DNA from: an uncultured Acidobacteriota bacterium
GTDB lineage: Bacteria > Acidobacteriota > Vicinamibacteria > Vicinamibacterales > 2-12-FULL-66-21
Length of the DNA stretch: 64,000 nt
Direction: 5' to 3'
Assembly: GCA_963836665.1 (NCBI GenBank)
Contig: CAWIKL010000001.1
Coordinates: 1,999,818-2,063,817 of the forward strand
In this document: piece by piece, positions 10,384-19,100 of the stretch
Position numbering within the stretch: position 1 is the first letter of the stretch
Layout of the letters: each line of letters begins with the position of its first letter
Position numbers and translations under genes: made by a program
The notes under the pieces: generated by a model
Told to the model about the DNA's origin: nothing
Database searches by the model: none
The model's input: only the letters and a program-made list of their open reading frames with translations

Positions 10384-11906
10384 CCCGCCACTGCGTCGCA
10401 CCACTCCTCGTCGCCGCCGCGGTCGTCACCGGGTGCAATGTCGGGCCGACGTATCGGCGTCCGGAGCTGCCGGAGCCCGCGCCGGCGCAATACAAGGAGA
10501 ATCAACCCGGCAGCCCGGAAGCGCAATCGAACGGCTGGCGGCCGGCTAATCCGCAGGACGCGCTGATTCGCGGTAAATGGTGGGAAGTCTTCGGCGACCC
10601 CGAGCTGAACGGACTCGAGGAGCAGGTGATCGTCAACAACCAGACGATCAAGCAGGCGTTCGAGAACTACATGTCCGCGCTGGCGGTGATCGACGGCGCG
10701 CGCGCGACGCTGTTCCCGACCGTCTCGGTCGGCGCGAGTGCGAACGCCTCGGGCAGCAACGGCGCCTCGAGCGCGACGACGGTCACCGGGACCGGCGGAA
10801 CCGGCGCAACGCCCTCCTCGACCGCCGTCGTCAGCAGCGGCACGCGCCATACGTTCTCGCTGCCGGTCAGTGCGTCATGGGAGCCCGATCTCTTCGGCAA
10901 GGTCCGCAACACGATTGACGCCAATGTCAGCGCCGCGCAGGTGAGCGCCGCGACGCTGGCCAACGAGACGCTCAGCCAGCAGGCGACGCTGGCGGAAACC
11001 TACTTCGAGCTGCGCGGGCAGGACGCGCTGCAGGCGCTCTTCACGCAGACCGTCTCGGACTACCAGGAATCGCTGCGCCTGACGCAGACGCTCTATCGCA
11101 CGGGCATCGACTCAGAACAGGACGTCGCGCAAGCGGAGACGGCACTGCGCACGGCTGAAGCGAACGCGACGGCCGTCGAACGGACGAGGGCGCAATTCGA
11201 ACACGCGATTGCCCTGTTGACGGGCCACGCGGCGGGGAGCTTCTCGGTGCCGGTGCGCCCCCTCGACACGACGCCGCCCGACATTCCCACCGGCGTGCCG
11301 TCACAACTGCTCGAACGGCGCCCGGACATCGCCGGGGCGGAGCGGACGATGGCCGAGGCCAACGCGCGGATCGGCGTCGGCAAGGCGGCGTACTATCCCG
11401 ACATCTCGCTGACCGGCTCGGCCGGCATCCAGGGCTCGAGCCTCGGAAAGCTGCTCAGCGCAAGCGTGTTCTTCTGGTCGCTCGGGGGTAATGCGGCGCA
11501 AACGCTGCTCGACTTCGGGGCGCGGCGCGCGGCCGTCAAGCAGTACGAGGCGGCCTACAACGCCTCGGTCGCCAGCTATCGCGAAACCGTGCTCAACGCC
11601 TTCAAGGAAGTCGAGGACAATCTGGTCGCCACGCGCACGCTCGCGGACCAGACGGCACGGCAGCAGCTCGCCGTGACGGCGTCCCAACGTTACCAGCAGC
11701 TGGCCTCGATCCGGTACCGCGACGGTCTGGATAATTACCTCAACGTGCTCACGGCGCAGAACGCCGTGTTCAGCAGCCTCGAAGCGATGGTCGGGCTGCA
11801 GACCGACCGCATGACGACGGCGGTTCAGCTCATCGTGGCTCTGGGCGGCGGCTGGGACGCGTCGGATCTGCCGAATCCGGCGACCCCGGCGGCGATCCGG
11901 CGGTAG
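10380..11906 (+). CDS. efflux outer-membrane factor lipoprotein, NodT family (508 aa)
   Basis: ATG at 10380 overlaps the mdtC stop (ATGA). Lipobox VVTGC. GPTYRRPE motif typical of NodT/OprM-type OMFs, plus two OEP repeats. The long upstream extension of ORF 8733-11906 is out of frame and inside mdtC, so it is rejected. Confidence 0.85.
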   Translation: MTRHCVAPLLVAAAVVTGCNVGPTYRRPELPEPAPAQYKENQPGSPEAQSNGWRPANPQDALIRGKWWEVFGDPELNGLEEQVIVNNQTIKQAFENYMSALAVIDGARATLFPTVSVGASANASGSNGASSATTVTGTGGTGATPSSTAVVSSGTRHTFSLPVSASWEPDLFGKVRNTIDANVSAAQVSAATLANETLSQQATLAETYFELRGQDALQALFTQTVSDYQESLRLTQTLYRTGIDSEQDVAQAETALRTAEANATAVERTRAQFEHAIALLTGHAAGSFSVPVRPLDTTPPDIPTGVPSQLLERRPDIAGAERTMAEANARIGVGKAAYYPDISLTGSAGIQGSSLGKLLSASVFFWSLGGNAAQTLLDFGARRAAVKQYEAAYNASVASYRETVLNAFKEVEDNLVATRTLADQTARQQLAVTASQRYQQLASIRYRDGLDNYLNVLTAQNAVFSSLEAMVGLQTDRMTTAVQLIVALGGGWDASDLPNPATPAAIRR

Positions 11907-12053
11907 CGGCGGCGATTCGGGCGCTGTCGGCGTCGGAAGCAAAGACGGCGAATTGTCCCGGATGATATCCATCCAGCCCGCGAGCCGCCGCAACGGATCG
12001 TGAAGGCGGACGATCTGCACCGCGTTCAATTCTATTGTTGTAGACTCTGCCGC

Positions 12054-15000
12054 GTGACCACCCGCATTCCTTCTCTGCTTCCGCTTGCCGTGCTCACCCT
12101 CGCCGGCGCCATGACGCTCACGGTCGGGGCGGTGCCGCCGCAGGCGTCGGCGCCCGCCAACGGGCAGATCGACGACGTGATCCTCAAAGGCTATCAGTGG
12201 CGCAGCATCGGTCCGGATCACGCCGGCCGATCGATCGCGTCGAGCGGCGTCAAAGGGCAGCCCAAGATCGCCTACTCGGGGCAGACCGGCGGCGGGCTGT
12301 GGAAGACCCTCGACGGCGGCGAATCATGGGCGCCGGTCACCGACGGTCAAGTGCACAGCTCCTCGGTCGGCGCCGTCGCCGTTGCGGAAACAAATCCCGA
12401 CATCGTGTGGATCGGCATGGGCGAGCAGTGCATCCGCGGCAATATCCAGCCTGGCGACGGCGTCTACAAATCGACGGATGGCGGCAAGACGTGGACGCAC
12501 GTCGGCTTCGATCAGTCCGACGCCATCTCGCGTATCCGCATCCACCCGACCAACCCCGACGTGGTCTTCGTCGCCGACTTCGGCCGCTACGGCGTACCGA
12601 GCAGCGAGCGCGGCGTGTTCAAGACCGCCGATGGCGGCAAGACGTGGCGCAAGGTGCTGGCCCGAGATGACAAAACGGGGGCCGTCGACATCGCCATCGA
12701 TCGCAACAACCCCGACATCATGTTCGCCGCGCTGTGGGAGGCGTATCGCGTCGAGTACGCGATGTCGAGCGGCGGCCCGGGCAGCGGGCTGTTCAAATCC
12801 ACCGACGGCGGCGAGCACTGGAGCGAAATCACGCGCAACGCCGGCCTGCCATCCGGCATCGACGGCAAGATCGGCGTCGCCGTCTCGGGCGCCGATTCCA
12901 ATCGCGTCTACGCGCTGGTCGAGAACGAGAATGGCGGGCTGTTCTCGTCCGACGATGCCGGCGCGACCTGGAAGCTGGTCAACGGCGGCCGCAATATCCG
13001 CCAGCGCGCGTTCTATTACACGCACGTCACGGCGGATCCGAAGAACAAGGACATCGTCTTCGCACAGAACGTCGGCACGTTCTGGTCGCACGACGGCGGC
13101 AAGACGATGGTCAATTTCGCCGGCGGCGACTCTCACGATCTGTGGATCGATCCCGATGATCCGAACCACATCGTCCACTCGAACGACAGCGGCACGGCGG
13201 TGTCGTACAACGCGGAGGCCAACGTCCGCACCTGGTCGGCACGCGACTACCCGACGGCGCAGTATTACCACGTGATCACGACGGGACACGTGCCCTTTCA
13301 CGTGTGCGGCGCGCAGCAGGACAGCGGGACGTCATGCGTGCCGAGCAACGCCGGCCAGGGGGCCGGTCGCGGCGGCGGCGGGGGCGGCCGCGGTGCCACC
13401 GCGGAGGTCTACAGTCCCGGCGGCTTCGAGCCCGGCTACATCGCGCCCGATCCGAAGAACCCGGACATCTTCTATGCCGGCGGCGTCAACGGCACGTTCC
13501 TGACGCGGCTCGATCGCCGTACCGGCAATCTGCGCGAGGTGAACCCGTACCCGCGGCTGTTCTCCGGCGAGCCGTCGAGCGATCTCGTCGAGCGCTGGCA
13601 GTGGACGTTTCCGATCATCTTCTCGCCCGCCGATCCGACGGTGCTCTACACCTCGTCGCAGCACATATGGCGGACCAAGAACGGCGGCGACAACTGGGAT
13701 CGGATCAGCCCCGACCTGACCCGTCACGATCCGAAAACGATGGGGGTCTCGGGCGGGCCGATCACGCACGACATGAACGGTCCGGAGGTCTACGCCACTG
13801 TGTTCGCGCTCGGCCCCGGCAAGAAGGACGTCAACATCCTCTGGGCGGGTTCCGACGACGGGTTGATCAACGTCACGCGCGACGGCGGCAAGACCTGGTC
13901 GAACGTCACGCCGAAGGACATGCCCGACCTTGGCCGTATCAGCATCATCGACGCCTCGAGCTTCGATCCCGGCGCCGCCTACGTGGCGGTGAAGAAGCCG
14001 CTGCTCGGTGATCAATCGCCCTACATCTTCCGCACGCACGACTTCGGTCGGACCTGGGCCCGGATCGTCACCGGCATTCCGGCGGCCGACTACGTGCACT
14101 CGGTCCGTGAGGATCCGGTTCGCAAGGGGCTGCTCTACGCCGGTACCCAGCACGGCTTCTACGTATCCTTCGACGACGGCGACCACTGGCAGTCGCTGTC
14201 GCTCAACCTGCCCGACGTACAGGTGTCGGACATTTGGGTGGAGGCCAATGCAATCGCGGTGGCGACGCACGGCCGCAGCTTTTACGTCCTCGACGACATC
14301 GCGCCTCTGCGGCAGTTCGGCGAGGAAGGCGCCGGCGAGTTCCATCTCTACAAGCCAGGGGACATTGTCCGTGGCGCCGGCAACGCGTCGATTCCCTACC
14401 TGCTGAAGAAGCAGCCCGAGAAGCTGACGCTCGAGATCCTCGACAGCAAGGGCGCGGTCGTGCAGACGCTGCAGGGATCGGCTGCCCCGGCGGGCGGGCG
14501 CGGCGGCGGCCGCGGTGGGCGCGGACGTGGCGGATTGGCGCCTGCTGACACGCCGCAGGGGGCCGCGCCAGGGGCGGCAGGTCAGCCGCCAGCGGAGGCG
14601 GCCGATCCACAGGCGGCAGCCGGCGCCGGCGGCGGCGGACGCGGGCGTGGCGGATTGGCGCCGACGGCGCCGATGAACGCGGGCCTCGACCGTGCCTCCT
14701 GGAATCTCGAGTACCCGGGCGCGGTGACGTTCCCCAACATGATCCTGTGGGGCGCGACGACGAGCGGGCCGCTGGCCCTGCCGGGCACCTATCAGGTGCG
14801 TCTCACGGTCGACGGGCAGTCGCAGACGCAGCCGCTCGTCATCAAGAAGCATCCGCTGCGCAACACGCCCGACGCCGACATGCAGCAGCAGTTCACGCTG
14901 GCACTGCAGATCCGCGACAAGGTCAGCGAGGCCAACAGCGCGGTGATCCAGATCCGCAAGATCAAGGACGAGGTGAAGGATCGCCTGTCAAAGTCGCAGG

Positions 15001-15317
15001 ACGCACAGTTGAAGGCGGCGGGCGATCGCCTGACGGAGCGGTTGAGCGCCGTCGAGCAGGATGTCTACCAGGTGAAGAACCAGAGCGGTCAGGATCCGCT
15101 CAACTTCCCGATCAAGACCAACAACCGGCTCGCCTCGCTGCTCGGCATGACGACCCGCGGTGAGGGCAAGCCGACCGCGAACATCTATCCGATCTTCGAC
15201 GATCTGAAGAAAGAGCTGAAGTCGGAAACCGACCGGCTGGAGGAAGTCCTGTCGGCCGATCTCGCGGCGTTCAATCAGGCAGCGCAGAAAGCCGGCGTGG
15301 CGGCGGTGAACAAGTAG
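12054..15317 (+). CDS. secreted BNR/Asp-box repeat protein, sortilin/VPS10-like 'glycosyl hydrolase' family (about 1087 aa)
   Basis: About ten SxDxGxTW-type Asp boxes (TLDGGESW, STDGGKTW, TADGGKTW, STDGGEHW, SDDAGATW, TKNGGDNW, TRDGGKTW...). A GTG at 12054 gives signal peptide VTTRIPSLLPLAVLTLAGAMTLTVGA. The alternative GTG at 12000 gives a poor N-terminus. Confidence 0.8.
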   Translation: MTTRIPSLLPLAVLTLAGAMTLTVGAVPPQASAPANGQIDDVILKGYQWRSIGPDHAGRSIASSGVKGQPKIAYSGQTGGGLWKTLDGGESWAPVTDGQVHSSSVGAVAVAETNPDIVWIGMGEQCIRGNIQPGDGVYKSTDGGKTWTHVGFDQSDAISRIRIHPTNPDVVFVADFGRYGVPSSERGVFKTADGGKTWRKVLARDDKTGAVDIAIDRNNPDIMFAALWEAYRVEYAMSSGGPGSGLFKSTDGGEHWSEITRNAGLPSGIDGKIGVAVSGADSNRVYALVENENGGLFSSDDAGATWKLVNGGRNIRQRAFYYTHVTADPKNKDIVFAQNVGTFWSHDGGKTMVNFAGGDSHDLWIDPDDPNHIVHSNDSGTAVSYNAEANVRTWSARDYPTAQYYHVITTGHVPFHVCGAQQDSGTSCVPSNAGQGAGRGGGGGGRGATAEVYSPGGFEPGYIAPDPKNPDIFYAGGVNGTFLTRLDRRTGNLREVNPYPRLFSGEPSSDLVERWQWTFPIIFSPADPTVLYTSSQHIWRTKNGGDNWDRISPDLTRHDPKTMGVSGGPITHDMNGPEVYATVFALGPGKKDVNILWAGSDDGLINVTRDGGKTWSNVTPKDMPDLGRISIIDASSFDPGAAYVAVKKPLLGDQSPYIFRTHDFGRTWARIVTGIPAADYVHSVREDPVRKGLLYAGTQHGFYVSFDDGDHWQSLSLNLPDVQVSDIWVEANAIAVATHGRSFYVLDDIAPLRQFGEEGAGEFHLYKPGDIVRGAGNASIPYLLKKQPEKLTLEILDSKGAVVQTLQGSAAPAGGRGGGRGGRGRGGLAPADTPQGAAPGAAGQPPAEAADPQAAAGAGGGGRGRGGLAPTAPMNAGLDRASWNLEYPGAVTFPNMILWGATTSGPLALPGTYQVRLTVDGQSQTQPLVIKKHPLRNTPDADMQQQFTLALQIRDKVSEANSAVIQIRKIKDEVKDRLSKSQDAQLKAAGDRLTERLSAVEQDVYQVKNQSGQDPLNFPIKTNNRLASLLGMTTRGEGKPTANIYPIFDDLKKELKSETDRLEEVLSADLAAFNQAAQKAGVAAVNK

Positions 15318-15408
15318 CTGCGCCTGACGAAAAACATCCCACGAGACTCCGGAGACCAGTCGTAGGACGTGCCGGGCGTGTCGAGCCGCGTCCTTGCTGC
15401 CACGCGAT

Positions 15409-16053
15409 CTATTTGAGCGTGAACGTCATCTCGATGTTCACGCGTACGCGCACGTCGGCACCATCCTTCTGGCCTGGCTTGAACGTCCACTGCGACAGCG
15501 CCTCGATCGCCTGCTGATCGAGTTCTGGATCGAGGCCGGCAGTGACCCGGATGGATCGAATCGTGCCATCGGTCTCGACGATGCCTGTGAGCTCGACGCG
15601 ACCCTGAAGGCCCGCCTGCCGGGCGGCGTCGGTGTAACGGGGATTGACGTGCTTGGTCGGCTGCGGCGCCGTCACGCCGTTGCCGACGCGGTAGACGGGC
15701 CCATCGCGCAGAGTGAAGGTCATCTCCAGGTTTACTTCGACCGCCACCGGCTCACCGTCCTTCGTGCCGGGGTTGAAGTGCCACTGCCGGGCGGCCTTGA
15801 TCGCTTCCTGATCGAGATCGGGATCGAGCGACGTCGTGACCCGCACATCGGGACCGACCGTCCCGTCGGCCTGGACCAGGACGACCAGTTCGACGGTTCC
15901 CTGGATCTTGCGGGCTTTGGCGGCGTCGGTGTACTGCGGCTTTACTTCCCGAATCAGGACCGGTGACGTCTTGGCGGTTGCCGGCCGTTGCTGGGTGGCC
16001 GCGGGGATCACGACCAGGGCGAGGGCTGCGAGCGTGAAAAGCGTGGATCGCAC
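15409..16053 (-). CDS. TonB-family protein with two tandem TonB C-terminal domains
   Basis: Two copies of about 85 aa, each V(K/N)PxYTDAA...QG.VEL...DG.....V...LDP.LDQ.AI.A...W.F.PG.KDG..V.V.V...MTFTL. A GTG at 16053 is preceded by GGAGG and gives signal/anchor MRSTLFTLAALALVVIPAATQQ. The ORF can extend to the ATG at 16113. Confidence 0.75.
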   Translation of the reverse strand: MRSTLFTLAALALVVIPAATQQRPATAKTSPVLIREVKPQYTDAAKARKIQGTVELVVLVQADGTVGPDVRVTTSLDPDLDQEAIKAARQWHFNPGTKDGEPVAVEVNLEMTFTLRDGPVYRVGNGVTAPQPTKHVNPRYTDAARQAGLQGRVELTGIVETDGTIRSIRVTAGLDPELDQQAIEALSQWTFKPGQKDGADVRVRVNIEMTFTLK

Positions 16054-16233
16054 GGTGCCTCCTTCCAGCGTTATTATGACGCCGAATGCAGGCGTCCAGC
16101 CGTGCCGACTCATGTCAGCGGAGACGGCAATTCGAGAGCACCACTGACAGTTTTTCCAGCCCCATCCGGTAGATCGCCCATGTCGTCACGGGCTCACGGC
16201 TCACTAGCATGAGCGCGAGAAAGGAACACCAAC

Positions 16234-16785
16234 ATGCTGATTGTGAGCACTCTCGTTCTAGCAGGGTCGGTCTTCACGGCAGGATCGGCGTCGCCCGCTT
16301 TGCAGGTGAAAACGATTCCGGATCAGACCATCACCGCGACCGCGACGATCGAAGCGATCGAGGCGAAGTCGCGCCTCGTGACGTTGCTGACTGAGGACGG
16401 GACGCATGAAGTGGTCAGGGCGCCAGCCGAAATGAAGCGATTCTCCGAGCTCAAGGTGGGCGACAAGATCACGGCGCGGTATTACGGCAGCCTCATCGTC
16501 CGCATGAAGAAGCCAGGCGAACCCGCGATCGATGTCGATAAGTCGGCGGTCACGCCCGGCACCGGGGCCAATCCCGGCGGTACGGTCGCGGCGCAGCGAA
16601 CGCTCACCGTGACGATCACCGCCATCGATCCGAATGTGCCCTCGATCACGGTCAAGAGCGCCAACGGCTGGACTTACAGCCGCAGAGTGGAAGACAAAAA
16701 GGCGCTCGAAAAGGTGAAGGTCGGCGACCAGCTCGATATCACCTGGAACGACGCGGTACTGATTTCGGTGACGCCGGCGAAGTAG
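16234..16785 (+). CDS. hypothetical secreted protein with an internal two-domain duplication (183 aa)
   Basis: AAAGGAA Shine-Dalgarno-like sequence upstream. Signal peptide MLIVSTLVLAGSVFTAGSASP. Two related modules of about 60 aa, each ending in KVGD(K/Q)(I/L)... Confidence 0.6.
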   Translation: MLIVSTLVLAGSVFTAGSASPALQVKTIPDQTITATATIEAIEAKSRLVTLLTEDGTHEVVRAPAEMKRFSELKVGDKITARYYGSLIVRMKKPGEPAIDVDKSAVTPGTGANPGGTVAAQRTLTVTITAIDPNVPSITVKSANGWTYSRRVEDKKALEKVKVGDQLDITWNDAVLISVTPAK

Positions 16786-16853
16786 CCGGGCGACGGTCAT
16801 TCGACGGGCACTCGACGCCGTGGCCCGGCGAGCCTGGCGGCGCCGGCTGCGGT

Positions 16854-19100
16854 ATGGTTACGGCCATGACCGGCCGACAAGGAACCGTTGCGTTCGCTCT
16901 CGCCGCGGCGTTGACAGCGCGGCTTCTGGCCCAGCCTCACGAGGCCGTGACGGCGGCCGATTACGCTCGCGCCGAAAAGTACCTCGCGCCGAACCTGGCC
17001 GGCCTCGTGGTCGGCGGTTCGGTCGTGCCGAACTGGCTGCCGGCTAGTCTCTCAACAACGGGCGCAGCGGCGCCCCAGGCCGCGTCGAAGGACGAACGGT
17101 TCTGGTACCGCAACCAGACGCTGACCGGCACCGAGATCGTCGTCGTCGATCCCGCGGCGAAGTCGCGCACGTCGTACGCTGACTGTGCGGCGGCCCATGT
17201 CGATTGCGCGACCGAGGCAGCCGGCGGCGGCGGTCGCGGCGGCAGGGCCGCGGCGTCAGGACCGTCCTCCTCCGACGGCAAGCCGCTCAACCTCTCTCCT
17301 GATCGCCGCCGCGCCGTGTTCGTGCGCGCCTGGAACCTGTGGTTGCGCGACATGACAACCGGCGAGGAGCGCGCGCTGACCACCGACGGCGCGCCGTACT
17401 TCGGCTACGCCACCGACAACGCGGGCTGGAGCAGCAGCGACCGCGCCGTCGCAGCGTGGTCCCCCGACTCGAAGAAATTGGCGACACAGCAGCAGGACGA
17501 GCGCAATGTCGGCGAGATGTATCTCGTCAGTACCACCGTCGGCCATCCCGCGCTCCGCGTGTCGAAATTTCCGCTGCCCGGCGATCCGGTCATGGCGATG
17601 GTGCATCGCGTGATCGTCGACACCGACACCGGCGCCGTCACCCGGCTGCAGATGGAGCCCGACTTCCACCGCGCCACGCTCGGCGACGACCTCAGCATGA
17701 ACGACTACAACTGGAGTCCCGACGCCACGCGGCTGGCACTGGCCTCGGTGTCGCGCGATCACAAGCACGTCTGGGTGCGCGTCGCCGACGCGGCAACTGG
17801 CGCCGTTCGCACCGTGTTCGAGGAAGTGGTGCCAACCCAGTTCGAATCGCGCGGCTGGCGCGTGCTGTGGTCCAGCAACGAAGTGGTCTGGCATTCCGAA
17901 CGTGACAACTGGGGCCAGCTCTATCTTTACGATCTGCAGTCGGGACACCTGAAGCGCCAGATCACCAACGGCGAAGGCCCGATCGTCCAGATCGCGAAGA
18001 TCGACGAGAAGACACGGACGCTCTGGTTCGGCGCCAACGGCCGCGAGAAAGGACAGGATCCGTACTACCTCCATTTCTATCGCACGTCGCTCGACGGGGG
18101 GCCATCGGTCGCGCTGACACCGGACAACGGCACCCACACCATTCAGATCTCGCCCTCAGGCGCATTCATCGTCGACGCGTTTTCGGCGCCCGACACGCCG
18201 CCGAGCGTGGTGCTGCGCGATGCCGAGGGCCGCGAGATCATGCTGCTGGCAAAGGCGGACATCTCGAAGCTGCTCGCGACCGGCTGGCGGCCGCCGCTGC
18301 CGATCAAGATGACGGCGCACGACGGCAAGACCGACCTCTACGGGCTCCTCTTCCGGCCGACAAACTTCGACCCCTCAAAGAAATATCCGATCGTCAACAA
18401 CGTCTATCCCGGTCCGCAAACCGGCAGCACCGGCAGCCGCGCTTTCACGGCGGCCCGCGGCGATCGCCAGGCGCTCGCCGAGCTCGGTTTCATCGTCGTC
18501 ACAATTGACGGCATGGGAACGCCGGGCCGCTCGAAGGCGTTCCAGGACGCGTACTACGGCGCGATGGGGCGCGACAACACGATCCCGGATCAGATCGCCG
18601 GCATGAAGGAGCTGGCAGCGACGTATCCATGGATCGATCTGTCGCGCGCGGGGATCTGGGGCCACTCGGGCGGCGGCTTCGCGACGACAACGGCGATGTT
18701 CCGTTTCCCGGATTTCTTCAAGGCCGGGATCGCCGAGTCAGGCAATCACGATCAGCGGGAGAACGAAGACGATTGGGGCGAGCGTTACCAGGGACTGGTC
18801 GCGAAGAACGCCGACGGCACCGACAGTTACGACGCCGAAGCGAACCAGAACTTCGCGAAGAACCTGAAGGGGCACCTGCTGCTGGCGCACGGGACCATGG
18901 ATACCAACGTCCCGCCGTACCAGACGCTGCTGGTCGCCGACGCGCTGATCAAGGCGAACAAGGACTTCGAACTGATTCTGCTGCCGAACCAGAATCACGG
19001 CTACGGCAGCGCCTCGAACTACATGATGCGCCGCCGCTGGGATTTCTTCGTGCGGTGGCTGCTCGAAACAGAACCGCCGAAGGAGTATCAAATCAAGTGA
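16854..19100 (+). CDS. S9B prolyl oligopeptidase-family serine peptidase (dipeptidyl-peptidase IV-like, 748 aa)
   Basis: DPP-IV N-terminal beta-propeller signatures (WSPDSKKLA, YNWSPDATRLA). Catalytic GHSGGG (IWGHSGGGFATT), and later GTMDTNV and NQNHGY for the Asp/His of the triad. Confidence 0.85.
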   Translation: MVTAMTGRQGTVAFALAAALTARLLAQPHEAVTAADYARAEKYLAPNLAGLVVGGSVVPNWLPASLSTTGAAAPQAASKDERFWYRNQTLTGTEIVVVDPAAKSRTSYADCAAAHVDCATEAAGGGGRGGRAAASGPSSSDGKPLNLSPDRRRAVFVRAWNLWLRDMTTGEERALTTDGAPYFGYATDNAGWSSSDRAVAAWSPDSKKLATQQQDERNVGEMYLVSTTVGHPALRVSKFPLPGDPVMAMVHRVIVDTDTGAVTRLQMEPDFHRATLGDDLSMNDYNWSPDATRLALASVSRDHKHVWVRVADAATGAVRTVFEEVVPTQFESRGWRVLWSSNEVVWHSERDNWGQLYLYDLQSGHLKRQITNGEGPIVQIAKIDEKTRTLWFGANGREKGQDPYYLHFYRTSLDGGPSVALTPDNGTHTIQISPSGAFIVDAFSAPDTPPSVVLRDAEGREIMLLAKADISKLLATGWRPPLPIKMTAHDGKTDLYGLLFRPTNFDPSKKYPIVNNVYPGPQTGSTGSRAFTAARGDRQALAELGFIVVTIDGMGTPGRSKAFQDAYYGAMGRDNTIPDQIAGMKELAATYPWIDLSRAGIWGHSGGGFATTTAMFRFPDFFKAGIAESGNHDQRENEDDWGERYQGLVAKNADGTDSYDAEANQNFAKNLKGHLLLAHGTMDTNVPPYQTLLVADALIKANKDFELILLPNQNHGYGSASNYMMRRRWDFFVRWLLETEPPKEYQIK

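Noticed and set aside
16786-16835. The GCCGGGC ... GCCCGGC inverted repeat after the gene ending at 16785, considered as a terminator.
   Set aside because: A 7-bp stem with a loop of about 31 nt and no U-tract is not distinguishable from chance in GC-rich DNA.
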